A stretch of 64,000 bases of DNA. Source: Dimorphilus gyrociliatus (lineage: Eukaryota; Animalia; Annelida). The stretch lies in the NCBI GenBank assembly GCA_904063045.1, contig CAJFCJ010000021.1, positions 124,001 through 188,000 of the forward strand. Direction: 5' to 3'. The notes below the pieces were generated by a model. That model saw nothing but the letters and a program-made list of their open reading frames with translations, searched no databases and was not told where the DNA came from. The position numbers and the translations under genes were made by a program. Positions 1 to 13,645 of the stretch are shown in pieces. Positions within the stretch are counted from its first letter, which is position 1. Each line of letters opens with the position of its first letter.

Positions 1-788
1 AACGATGTAAATATCAATTTTTTTCTCTCTCTGTTTTTCTCTCTATCTTTCTTTTATTTTTTATTAAAATAGGCGGTAAATGGTCGGATTTCGCATGGAT
101 TGTGAGCTTATAATCCTATCATAATTGTCGTTTTGTAAATTTCAGCAGGAAAAAATGCAATTTTTCGGCCAATTTGAATTTTTATACAGAATTTAGACGT
201 CGAATGGAAAAAACGTATAGGACGCCGTTCACTTGACCCAGTTGTTCGAAAGAGTGAAAGGAGTCCTAAGGGCATGCTTGAACGGTAGCCGCCGAACGCG
301 AATTTGCTCCGTTCACACGTTTCATTTGTTCTGCTCGTGTTGTCACCGTTAATAATCTCATTCGACTCGCTCAAGATCTCTATAATCAAAATCTACGCTA
401 TCGGAAACCTGCGTTCCCGAGACATTCCGATCAAATTATACAGGAAAAGGTGTAACGGCGTCGGACGAAAAAGCGAGTAATTTAAAAAGGAAAGAAAAGG
501 AGGGAAAGAGGGAGGTATAAAAAAAAAACCCGGTGTACAAACAGATATAAATAGATATAAATCCGTGCTTGTTCATACGTATATGCACACATCATGCAAA
601 CATACAAACACGTCAGCACACACATGTATATACACACGCACGGAGGCAGCATTTAGACAATGATGACTGACGATTGAATAAGGATGGTATAGATTTATAA
701 AAACATTTATAAAAGATAAGATTATAGATTGTTATTGAGTGGTAACATTGTTTGATAAATTTAAATATAATAAAAAAGTGTCACCCAC

Positions 789-1491
789 CTTTACCACAAA
801 TTTTGCAGACAAATGGCCTAGCTCCGGTATGAACTGGCATATGCCTTGTTAAATTATAATGAGCGTTGAAAATTTTGCCACATTCCGGGCAGGTGAATGT
901 TTTGGAGGTGTTCTTTTTGTCGTCTGATCCCTCGTCCTTACTCTTTTCCGATTTGGCGGGAGAAGACTGCGGGGATTCGGAATGTTTAGGAGACGAAGAA
1001 CGATTAGCCGTTGATTTAACCGAAAGGTCCTGAGCTTTCTTGACCACCCCCTGCTGTTCGGGTACTGTTGTATTGGGAACTCCGTATCTGTAGGCCTGTA
1101 CCATGGAAGGTGACACGTAAAAGGCCGGGTGTAAAAAGCTTCCCCTAGTTTGTTCTAAAATTGCCGCCCTCCTCTGACCTTCTGCCAGTAGGTTATGCAT
1201 GTGCAAGTAGGGAAATGCAGATGGAATTTGAAAGGAGGAGTTGGTAGAATTCCTCAATACTTCTCCAGGTTCAATCGTCTTCGGTCTACTAGGTTCCATG
1301 ATTCGAGCAATAGAGAAAGCTAACTTGTTCTTATTCAAATCTGATTTTCCGCTATCCTCCACGTCTATCTCTTCGTCAGACGATAAGCGGCTGTAATCGT
1401 TGCCTTCGTCCATGTTTAGGCTGCCGCTTTCGCTGCTATTACCTTTGCTGCTGTTGCTGGGTGAAGGGGCCTCGGCGAATGAGCTGTTCAT
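789..1491 (-). CDS. FEZF: Fez family C2H2 zinc-finger transcription factor (Fezf/earmuff), first coding exon; gene continues beyond the left edge
   Basis: Translation contains the Eh1 motif [10 protein letters not shown] and the Fezf-diagnostic fingers [39 protein letters not shown]. The donor AAAG|GTGGGT at 789/788 (phase 1) explains why the ORF stops mid-finger. No intact exon encoding FRQASTLCRH is seen in 1-788. Confidence 0.96.
1294..1323 (-). other. Eh1 (Groucho/TLE-binding) repressor motif within Fezf
   Basis: Encodes [10 protein letters not shown], matching the Eh1 consensus FSIxxIL/M known from Fezf proteins. Confidence 0.9.
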
Positions 1492-4400
1492 AATATGATC
1501 AAATAAAAACGGGAAGCGAACTGGCGCTGGCGGCTGATAGGCGAACGGCTGTTAGAAGCTCAACGCCCATTGCTCAAAAGATCAACGTAGCGCTGAAAAC
1601 TGGCCAATCAGCAAAGCTAAGTTAGCTGCGGTTCCCTGCCAGACGGCGTTAACTCCTCCCAACTCATAAACCCTTCTGTCGCTAACAGCCTTTAAGGGGG
1701 ATGCGCATTTGTTATGATAAAACGTCAACTTGCAAAAATTTCTACAATTTTGCTTCATCTTTCTCTCCCCGCTCTGTTTCTCTCTCTTTCTGTCTCTCTG
1801 CCCCTGCCTACATGTTTATATATATCCATATATTTATAAATATATCTACATATTTATACAACATATTTGATCTCTAGTGAGCAAAACACAATTCTGCTTT
1901 CTACCTCTCTTGATTACTCTATCACTCTCTCTCCTTTTGCCCTTGTCCCTTCACACCTCTCCCTCTTTCTCTCTTCCTCCCTCTTTCTTTTATTCTCTAT
2001 AGTATACATCTAAAAATAGTGAAATATTTTTCAATATTCTCATATACTGTCTGTTACAGATAGCTCACTCATTTAATAGCTTTCACCATTCTTATTTCTT
2101 GTTGCAATCATGAATATTTTATGGAAAAAAGCGTCTTACATTTAAAGTTCTATTTGCCATATGACGGAGAATATTAAAGTTTTAAAATTAAAGTTCGTGT
2201 GCGGGCACGTTCGAACTACGAGTGGCCACTCGCCGACTATCGAACAATAGACGGGCACGGTAGTCACTCAAAAATCTATCTCATTATGTCGCCTTGTTCG
2301 AACGACATGTTGACGCGCTTGTTAGCGGCGAGCTAAGAATGTTTCTGGTCGATTCTTTCAAAAGGCTCACCAGGACACCTCTGCCTTCCTTTTTTTTCTT
2401 CATCTTCTCTCTCTTCTTTTACTTCTTTTCTTTTAACCTTTCAAAATCTCTTTCTTCTCTCTCTGCCTCCCTCCCTCGCTCCCTCCCCTCTTCGCCTCTG
2501 CTCTCTCTTTCTCTCCCTCCCTCCAACACCCCTCTACTTTTTGCTCTTATGCTCTATCAATCTCTCACTCTCATACCTCTCCTAATACCCCCTAGACCTT
2601 TTTTTCGCCTCTCAAGATTTTCGATGATAATAGGCTTACGACTTGGAGTGTAAGTTTTCTTGATCCGCCTTTGCATACTAGTAAATTTTATATTAAGTAG
2701 GTGTATATTAGTTTTGTTCACAAAACTCTAACAAAAACACGATCATATTCGTTTCAATATATAAAAACAGCTATAAAAGATTATACAGTAAACCATATAC
2801 AATATTAATATTAAAATTTTTTCCATTGTACTAAGCCTAATTAGAATATGAATATTTATTATTAATATTAAAAAAATCAACTTGATCAATCTGATTTTAA
2901 GTCATAACCTATTTAACTAGTTAAATAATAGATATCGTTTACTTTGAAAAGTTTGTATATTGTTTTGTAATCAGAGGGCCTAATTACGAGTTATGATGTT
3001 TTTCTATAGAAGTTATACAGTATTACAGAGCATTTACCGTATATATACAGTATATATATATTCGTTAACAAATGCTCACTAATGATTAGTTTGTAACATT
3101 GTAGATGTCAATTTTTTACGTCAATTTTTGTATAGGCTGATTGATTGCTTCTCCTTAATATAAGTAAACTTAACCTACATAAATATATACAGCATATACT
3201 ATATAGTACACCTGTTGTATTTATATTCTTGCATATACTGTATATATATATATATGTGTGTGTGTGTATATGCAAAAGTGTATAATAAAAGCATAAACTT
3301 ATTAATAAAAGTGGGTAAATTAATTATATGCTTTATATTTAAGTACTTAATTATTGAAATATTACGAGTTGACAGGGTTATCACCTGATTGTGGAAAACA
3401 ATATATGGATGCGTGTAATTTAGATTGCATTTTGGTAAACGATATAACAATCAACAGCTAAAAAGAAATTATTAATAGAGATATATGATAAAATATCTTG
3501 TATCAATGCAACAGCAGGGAGACAGAGTCGTAGGGTAAAAAAAATAAAAAGAGAAAGAGGATATTCCATAAAATAGGTCATAAAAAGAGATAATATTTAG
3601 ATATCTAGATCATTCTATATTTAATAAAAAAATTTAATTATTTTTTAAAAATCAGTTAAATGATTAAAATAATAAGATAAAGTTCATAAAATTGACATAA
3701 ACCGTTTTTTTTCTTACTACAATGAAAAGATTGTAAACTATTTTATTATACTTTTCCTATTATTACAGAGAAGAAGTACGAGCAATAATTGATTACTCGC
3801 TCTTTTTCGCCTTAGAAGAGATTTTAGTCAATTATAGGCTTATATAGATAAGAAGAATGTAGCACGCGAAATTTCATTAGCATCATTTACCTATCGGTCG
3901 ATCTGAATCGTTTAAAGACGCCTTTAATTCAAAGTGCAATTAGTAGCGCGAAAACCCGGTGAGACGAAGGTGTATATACGTGATCAGATCAAAGAAACGA
4001 ACACTTTCTACAGCTGCATTCTCACACACATATGCGCATATAACACAAAAAAAACTCAGTGTACACCTTTTACATTTAAATTAGTTACTAAATAACGCCA
4101 CCAATTTCAGCAAGGGTGGTCGTTGTTTCAATTATTAATCATCGCCTTCTATTATTGTTTTCAACTAAACACTAAGACGCCGCAATCCTGCTCTTACTAC
4201 TTTTAATTAACTCCTTTTTATTTAAACGTAGTCGTTCGCACCTGCTGAGAGTGAGAGATTTTTTTTTCGGACCGGGCGCGGGAAAATAATAATAATAAAA
4301 TAAAAAAAAACTCTAGTCTATACCATTTATAAATAATCAATAAGGCCTCGTCGGCGTAATTAGACCTTTTCACGCCAAAAATCCCCGTAATTTACCGCCA

Positions 4401-7343
4401 ATTTTATCGGCAAAAAAAATAAGCGGTTCTTGATTGCCGATATTTTTCTCTTCGGTTTTTTTGCCCTATATCAGGGGCGTCTACGTTGTTTTTTTTAATA
4501 CAGGAAATGACGGGCGTCGTTAGACGTCGCCTAGAACCGCCTCTTCGTCACGATCCTCTTCACTTTATAAGATTCCATATTAGACGCTATATATTAATTT
4601 TTTGGAGACATTCAATCCATGTGTGAGATGTCTTTGTAAATATCTACGTTACGTATCTATTTTAAGTCTGTGAATTAAGACTAAATACATACCCGGATGA
4701 GTCAGCTATTTAATGTACCGTAAATGTATTTTAGCATGATTCGTACTTTTACGATAAGAGTAATCTTTCATATAATTTGTATTTTCTTTTCTTGAATACA
4801 AACCTAATTCTTCAGTCTCTTTAATCTTTAACTATAGCTTTCAAGTTTTCCTCTCCTCAAACTACCATACAACGTTCAATAGAGAGTATCGTGTGTTAAA
4901 AATAATCCTCTTCATGCTGCTTAACGTCTATTATATTAGATGCTGGTGCAGGGGCGTCTATTGTGTTTTAACTGCCCATACAACTTTTAATTACTCTTTT
5001 TTTTTTTGAAAAAAAAAAACTGCGCTTGATATCCGCATCCATTACACGTTGTGAAGAGGAGGCTCAAACTGATAACTATTCAATTTCAAGTATACCACCT
5101 ACTTCTTTTTATGTAGTATAGGTTTATTTAACAAAAGATAACTTGTGAATTTTTCCCATAGTCTTTTTCTATTTGATAACTCTTTAGATGAAAGGGTTTC
5201 CCATCTATTAGAAATCTCAATTCAGAGTATTATTCAATTCTTTCTTTTTTTTTATTGGTTATTAGATTCTTTTTTAAACGAAAATTTGTTGAGAAGACAG
5301 AGAAAGAGAAGGAGAGGGAGGAGGGGGAGAAAGGAGGATAAAAAAAAAAACAATTTTTTTGGATTTATTATTCAAAAAAAAAGAGAAATAATGAACAATA
5401 ATAACAAAAAATGGTTTTAAATTAGTTTTTAATAAGGTGTGATGAGAGGAAAATAATCGAGTGTAACTTTTATGAAAAAATTTGAATGTGGAATGTCACG
5501 TGATGAAAATAAAAGTCGACAGTGGAACGACATTTGCGTGACGGCATCTTATTTAAGCGGCGTTTTTTATTTTATTTAGAAAACGATGCGCCTTACTGAA
5601 AGCCAATTATCAATGTCGGCAAGCTTTCTTCTAACATGGACGATTATTCAATTTAATCACTTGGGGTCAGACGAGGTGAAATTTGTGATCATAGCTGGCG
5701 TCACCAAAGAGGCGAGACGTCAGTTCGTTAAAATATTTTCCTTTAACGCCGTTGTAAATTTCGTATAATGATGTCCATTTATGAGGGTTGATGGAGTCAC
5801 ATCTGTTCAAGCCCGCAGTTGGCAATATGCCCTGTACATGTCATTTGCATGTATGCTGTTTTAAAGTTTCCAAACGTGTATTACTAATTACAGAGAGATA
5901 AAGTCTTGTTATCTACTGTTGACAAATCTAGCTCCCCGGAAATCTAATTATCAAGTTTATCTGTTTCAAAATATTGACTTTTCACAAGCAGGTAGTTTTA
6001 AAGGGATAATTCTTGCGTGACAAGTATAAATGAAATAAAGATGAATTAACGGGAGAGAGGGAGAGAAATAGAGAAGAGAGAAGAGAAAGGAATACATCAA
6101 AATTATCGAAACGTAAAGTTTTAATTAATAATTACGATAATTAAAGTTAAAATGAAACATAAATTTTTTTATTTACCCTATCACGTAACGATGGGAAATT
6201 GTACAAACATGATAATTAGTATGAAAATGACTGTGCAATGTTTTATACGACCCGTAAAAAATGACGCTAATTATTTATCCATTAAGAAATCCAATGTTGT
6301 CTCTACGGAAGAGCTATCATTAAAGATATTATGACGCAATAAAATTCTACCCTGTTTCCCCCCCTTTATGCTTCATCATCTGAGCACAAGTGTGTTCAGA
6401 TGTCTCAAGTGTCAGTATTGTTCAAACTTATGCATTATTAATAAACAGTTTTTCTTCAGCCCCGTTTACGCCATTTAGACCGGTCAATGTTCTGAGAAGC
6501 ATTTAATGTCTACATAAATGTATAATATATGGTTTATAATATGTAAATGAATTGAATAAAGAATTTAAATTCACCCTACAAGAAATACTTTACTTGCGTA
6601 TTTATAATTCAAAAGTGGTGTGAAGACAGATAATATTGTTCAAGAGTTATAAATATATATATATATAGTATATAACAGAAGAAAAAAGTCTTTTCTCTGG
6701 AGCTCTTCAAACCTATATAACAATGAAATGGGTTGCTGCATTCCTGTATTGCTGTAATCCACCCCCCACTCCTCTCTCTCCCCCATACAAATTAACTCGT
6801 TAACCTCTTGTTCTTTTTTACAAACAATAGAAAAGAGTCATACTCTTTGCAGGTCGATAGGTATCACTTGAACGTACCTAAGGGAAAAATGAGGGCAAAT
6901 ATACACTATTAATAAAGTAATAAAGAAGAAAAAAGACATTTAATTTCTTTTTTAGCTTTTATAAACAATAATAAATAAAAGGAAATTGAATTTAAAACAT
7001 ATAATAAAATATTATTTCACATATACAGTATTATAGCGAATTAAGCTATATGGCTCGTTTAATTATCTTATGTATCGTATTTCTATGGGTGTACTCATAA
7101 AATACATGTAAAATAATATATAGGATCATACACCTATGAGGGAGGGTGGGAGTGAATAAAACGAAAATTTTACCCTTTTATCTATTGCTTTTTGTTATTG
7201 TTCAAAATATGATGCGTTATCAATGTACTATAAATAACTTTATTTTAAACTGCAATAGATATTTACCACATATGTTCATATTTACTAATATATATAGGTG
7301 ATATGTATTCACCTTTGTCTATTAGTCTATATGCCTATCTATC

Positions 7344-7374
<31 letters not shown>

Positions 7375-9294
7375 CCATTCACTTATCTATCTATCTATCT
7401 ATCTGTCCATTTATCTAAAAAATAGTAATTTAAATGATTATTTCTCTCATTCCTTTTTTTGGTTACACAAATTATCTCTTAGTTCATGAACTGTTTATAC
7501 AAATATTTTTAAAACAAAAATTGTGGCAATCTGTAATTAGTTTTTAAATAAGCTGATAAAATACGGTAAAGGGAATGATGCGGAAATTCTCTAATGCACT
7601 CCGTCTGCCCTACAACATTGCCCATTTTCCAACTGGCGCTCACTTGACCACGTCTATTTTCAGATGAAACAAAAAGAAAGAGAACAATAGCATTATATGT
7701 ATCGCCCACAGAGGACTTTATAATTCAAAAAAATATGATAAATTCAGTGGATGTCGGTGATATTTTCTGTCACATTGCGGGCTCTACGTACTGTATACAC
7801 CCGCACCACTTGAAATGTTCTAGCAAGGTACAATACATGTCACGTGACGTCATGACCGTTATTACACGTCACTGAACGCTTTTAACGAGTTTGAACGCAT
7901 CGAATTGTCCTAGTCATGCGCGGGGATCCCCTTGTAACACCTAGAAGTTTTTACCACAAACCCTTTTTTCTAAAGCACTCAATCAGAATGGATCAGGAAT
8001 CGCTTTTCCCAAGAAAACATAAATTTACTATATAAAACATTTATATACCGTGTGTATTTTTAGAAATCCGGAGAAATACTGTATATATAGTTTTGCGCAC
8101 GATAATGTAAACCCCATATATATGTACGATGAAAAGGAAGCTCGTAACACACCTGTATGCGTCAAAGATAATGACAGATATAAATGATAGTGAGATATAT
8201 ATTTAAGCATATCTAAAAAAAAATAAAAGAATTAATTCGACTGACGCGTGTCACTGTCAATATTAAATGAATTTAGAATTGAACAGGAGTGACGAATGAA
8301 GAAAAAAGTTCGACCACACTACTGCAACATTCATAAGTAGCGTCTAAAGACGTTTTTCATGCTTGAGACGCTCCTTTGTAAGCAGTAGACGGCTAAATCT
8401 GCGTTTTGTGTGACGGTCGACGCCGGGCGTCACGTATAGCTGCGGGCGTTCTGAGTGACTTTCGTTGTTTTTCCAAGCGGCTCTTCGGTACATAGTGTAA
8501 TGTAGAAATGAAAAAGAAGAAAGAAGTTCAGGGGGAAGTGGCACGTGCTGGTCAAACAAAGCGTGTCGTCTCATCCTTTTATCTTAATTGTGCGATCGGT
8601 GTTTGTTTGTCGTCTAATTCCTTTTTCCATCTTTCCCAATGACGTTTAGCTTATTAACAATTCATAGTATTTCATGTAGATAGTTAATTGGAAACTTTTA
8701 TGAAATCCATACGTTTATTATGTTTCGACGGACGAATAGAAGAGAAATGAAAGGAACTGTCTTAGATTGATCGTGCGAGGAACTTAAACGATCAAAGAAA
8801 AATCGGCGGAAGGATAGAGCGATTATGTAACGCGTATAACGTGGGTGGCCATCTTGTGCGTGATTGACGTGCTGCGATGACGATGAGCTTTCATCCTCCG
8901 TCGTTTGACGTCACGCTCACTTTGTATATATTCCCCTTAATTACGTAGACGCTTAACGAACTAATTTTCGCTCGTTTTTTTCCCCCCCCAGTTTCTTGAA
9001 ATGTATACGGATCCAGAGACCGGATGTTGGCTTTTGCTAGTGGCGCCGCTCGCCGTTAATTAGCGGCCAACTTGGTCTAATTGTGAGCACGGCGTTCCCC
9101 TTTATTGCTTTCGGCAAAATGTTTCCGTGGGCGAAGGGCTTTCATCCTCCGTCACGCAGTTATTATAATGACCCATTTTTATAAAGGGTGGTCGGTAGGA
9201 AAACTTGTAAGATCAAAAGGAAAAATATTTCTCATTTTTTCAATAAATTAATATTATATAAAATTCTTAAATGGGCGGTATATATAAGCAAGAG

Positions 9295-9342
<48 letters not shown>

Positions 9343-11937
9343 GAAGGAAGAAGAAGAACGAAATCAATAATAATGAATTATCCAATGTTCAAAGATCTAA
9401 AACAAAATGAAAATGTAAATGAAAAAAAAAACCATCTAAAATTTTAAAAACTTTCCCTTTTTTAGTTGAAAAAATTTCAATAATTTACGTAATTAAATCA
9501 CAGAAAAAGAAATATGTATTGAAAGAAATGATCAGTTAAGAATCTTATCAATAATCCAAATATGAATATATCTATCCATCTATATAATGTATGCACTATA
9601 TATTGTATAATAAACATTACATACATAGATACATATTGAATACATACATATATACATAAATATATATATATATATATATATATTCTCTATAATATATCCA
9701 TTTTTCAGTCCAGCGTCATCGACTGTGAAATATGAAGATAAAAAAATTCCTCGGCCCAATAGATATATTTATAGTTTAAAAGGACAATAACCATTATTAT
9801 AAGCGTGAAAACTTGCTGTCTCTTTTCAATCGGCGTGCAGAGTTATACCCCATGGCAAAAAAAATGCTTTCAATATTTTCTTTTTCTATGTGGTATATAT
9901 ATACTATATATTATATTCCATATACGTCGTAGTATATTCTTTGCGAACTTCTGCTGGTGACGACTAAGTATATTATGTCAATATAAGGGTAAGGTAACGA
10001 GCATGGGTTTTATTATATATGGTTGCACCTTTGTACTCCAGGTTTTAATTGAGCTTAAAGTTAATTTCACTGGTATTGAGATGTGGAGTGGCACATTTGT
10101 AAAAGACAATGGGAGTCTTGTCGAGTAAAAAAGGGAACCGGAGAATGTTTTTGGTAGTATCGATTTAACGAACTACCAAACTGAGAAATTAGCTAAAAAC
10201 CTCGGAGCTGACACGTTCAAGTTCTCACGTCGGAGTCACGCAAAGTTGAAGTATCTTGCTGAGGAAGAGCGTTCCCTGTGCTCAAATAACCACTCAACCT
10301 TTACGCGTCATCTCTCTCTCTCTTCCTTTTTTTATTGGAGCAGCTACGAAATAATTACGACCGAACACACATACATAGCCGGCAGCCACCTTAACTCCGC
10401 CCGTCAACACCCCACTTCTTATTTTCAGCATTGCTCTTAACCATTTTTTTAACGATACACTTTAAACGTTTTTCTGAATAATATAGACAACAACCTCATT
10501 AAGTATCATTAACCGACTCATCACCGAACAGGGTCGCGTGTCCCGGCTAAAGGTTAACAAAGGTCAACCGCGTCCGCGTCATTAGCGCTACGAATGTTTT
10601 CGAACGTCGCCCCTGGTCGTACACATGCCGAATGACTGCTTGAATTACAATAATCGCTGGCTTCGATGATCTTTGACAGTTTTTCCAAGACGTCTAATTA
10701 CTAACGCGTGTTCACAGACGCTAACATATCGACTTTCCTTTATGATAAGCATAAAAAAGGATTGGTAGTTTGAAATGATTTGCATACAGGCAAGAAAAGT
10801 GAAAATAAAAAAAAAACACTTCTCCGAACTCACTTCGCGGACACCCGATTAGGCGGAGAGACATTCTGGTTCGCGCGCGTTAAAAGCACCATACTCCCCA
10901 CTATTCTACAAAGGATTTAATTGATTTTTTATACGCTCGCCACTTGTCAACGCTCTAATTTAGCGCTTTTTTTCAATTCACACCGCCCCGCAGAGTGTAG
11001 GCCTAAATACCGAAACCACCTTATATAAAGACCTTAGAATATATTTACTAACGCTTATTTAAATTCCTAATAGAAAAAATGTTGTTTATTTTTCTTTGGG
11101 CAGATACCTCTGTTACTTGTTTTCTTTTTCTATCCAACAATATATTCCCTTTATATTCTTTAATACTCTCTATTTGCTATGGCGGAAATGGAAAGCGTTA
11201 ATTATAAGGAGCGGCTAAAACACAGACTACAGTTAATTCTATAAACTAGCTTTTAAGCAATCTTTTAGCTCTTACTTTCCACTAAAGAAACCATAAAAAT
11301 CTTTTTTTTATATTGAAAACACATCCTAATGTCGTCCATTTAGGAGAGATAGAAAGAAAAATAATAGAAAAATTGAGAAATCATGAGAGAGAGAAAGAGA
11401 GAGACAGAGAGAGAGACAGACAGACAGATAGACAGAAAGAGAAACAGTCATGCATAGGGAAATAGTAAAACACTTTCCATTCCATAAATGACTTTCGAGT
11501 AGTAGACCACCCGAAAATTCGGAAATTGGAGATAAAAATGAGCTAAATGCTCACGATTCACTCTTATACATTAATATATCGCAAAGCCTAGGCCTATGGG
11601 ATACGTCAACAACAACAAAACAGATGGTAAGATGATTTTAGCGAATAAATATTATTTTATTTACTTAAACTCTATACAAACTGACGTTAAGTCGCAAAGT
11701 TGCCGCAATGTGTATACAAGATAATTATAGAGTAACGAATAATACAGAAAATGATTTTGCCGTGTCAACGAGCAAGGTCAGTTGTAAAAATAAAATAGAA
11801 AACGGTTCTATGGGAAAACTAGGTTATATACAGGGAATATCTCCGCAATTTATAAATCGCACAAATATTACTAACCGAATAAGACCGGATCCGACAATTG
11901 ACAAGCAAATTTGTAATCTATTTATTGTTTTTTATTT

Positions 11938-12865
11938 GGCGCCATCTGTCGTTCTTACCCCCGTTTTTAATAATGGAAGAGGGAAGAAAAAAGAGGGATA
12001 AAAAAAACCAACAAATCAGGAAGAGAAGAGTATAGAAACGTCATCTATATGATGTTATTGGTTTTAATTTTTTTTTTAAAAAAAAAAATCCTAAAGAAAG
12101 AAATTAAGAGCTTTCTAACAAGGAAGATGATAAAAAATTACATCTGTTTTTTTTACTTGTTTTCTTCATAAAAATAGCAACTGTTATGAAAGGAAAAAAA
12201 AAAACAAAATAAACAACAACAACAGGTAAGATAGATAAAACATATAAAACTTGTTTATGAAAATTCCTATACAATAGTGTGTTTTTTTTACCTTTCTTTA
12301 CGTCAACAAGGAATGACTATACAGGTTTATAAATATATAAAATACAAACTAAACATAACTGACATTTCTTCGTTAAAATTTAATATTCATATATACATAT
12401 ACTGTATATACTGAATATATATATATATATATATCGTATATACTGTATATGCAATTGTATAACAGCACAACAATATCATTTCTAAGTCTGTGCAGTGTTT
12501 GCAATAATTGGAACATGTTCATACTGACAGATGACGTATAGTCACTGATAAAATGATAATACTAATCTTTATATTATTTTACATGTTTTTTTTATAGTTT
12601 GGCTTTTTTTTAAAAGAAAATAGATAAGAAAAATAATATTTTCACAGGACTGATGTCTTCAAACAGTTCCGACTTATAATAGACGAAACAAAGGAGAATA
12701 AAATAGTATCATAGGCTATAAATCAAGATTCAACTTCTTATTTCAACTTGAAGATGAAATTGAAGAATGTTTATTCCTTACTTTGAATTTATAGTTGCGT
12801 TGTTTTATTTTAGTTTGCTCCATCTATTATTGTTTTTATTATTAAAATGATACGCCATCTATTAG
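11938..12865 (-). promoter_or_regulatory. Two CTCF-like motifs (reverse orientation) 3' of the FNDC-like gene
   Basis: GGCGCCATCTGTCG at 11938 and CGCCATCTATTAG at 12853 match the reverse complement of the CTCF core CCASYAGRKGGCRS. Confidence 0.5.
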
Positions 12866-12986
12866 ATATTTCGTTTAATAAATAGATTAATAGTCTTTCA
12901 TTGGCATATTTTACTTTTTTGTTTGAATCGTTCAAGAGTTTAATTTTAATGATAATAATCATTGTTAGGTTTTTTTTGTAGAACTA

Positions 12987-13645
12987 TTAAACGGCCTCTC
13001 CAGTTTCATTGTCGCTATCGATTCTTATAAGTTCCACAAAAATATCACTTGCTTCTGATAAGGAATTGCATACGCTATTGCTCTTCCTTAAATTTGGACA
13101 GGACGAAAAGGAAGTTGTTTTTTGTTTACCCTCATCTTCAAAATGAACGCTTGACCTAGAAGAGGATGTAGATCTTTTCGATTTCCTCTTCTTTCTTTTT
13201 TCTTCTCCAGTCAGCTGTGCTGGGCGATCGGAATGTATTGATAATTCCACAAGGGTTGTCAAGGCACCTTTAATGGGCAGAATTGGTGCCGTTTTCATCC
13301 TCTCAAATTTTTTCATCTCCTTCTCCCCACCCTCCAATTGAAGAGAAATATTTGGCATTGTATGCATCCTTTCAAACTGTTTTCTTTGTCTAGCTTGCAT
13401 AGTCCTAGATAAACTTCTTGGTAATGTCCTACAGATGACGCTGTCTTTTGGTTTCTTAACAACCTTGATCTTTTCGAGATTTTTTGGATTGTGTCTATAT
13501 CTTGGTTCGCTTGGTTGGAGGACTCGAATTTTCTGCCATTGATGAATAAATATGACAACGGCAAATATCCAAGCGCATAATACAACGAATATAATAAAGA
13601 TTTCTTCTCCACTATATTGGTAATTCGTTCGGTTGAACGGTGTAG
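12987..13645 (-). CDS. FNDC4/FNDC5-like protein, coding exon 2 (TM helix + cytoplasmic tail)
   Basis: Acceptor ttttattcacag|CT at 13646/13645 is phase-compatible with exon 1 (L-P-A-T-P). The TM segment GEEIFIIFVVLCAWIFAVVIFIHQWQKI resembles FNDC5 GEVLIIVVVLFMWAGVIALFCRQYDII. Joined CDS is 984 nt (327 aa). Confidence 0.85.

Noticed and set aside
2294-2653. Hydrophobic-looking ORFs here and at 7298, 19448, 21344, 33369, 41208 and 45275
   Set aside because: Translations of CT/GA microsatellites and T-runs (SLSLSL, FFF), not real TM proteins.
3986-3994. TCF/LEF site AGATCAAAG upstream of Fezf (also near 8790)
   Set aside because: Biologically tempting, but about two such 8-mers are expected by chance in this AT-rich window.
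6377-6402. 11-bp hairpin CATCTGAGCAC-aagt-GTGTTCAGATG
   Set aside because: Too short for a pre-miRNA, no recognised mature miRNA, and no Helitron CTRR end next to it.
13313-13612. 99-aa minus-strand ORF overlapping FNDC-like exon 2
   Set aside because: Alternative frame of a real exon, with no domain or splice support.
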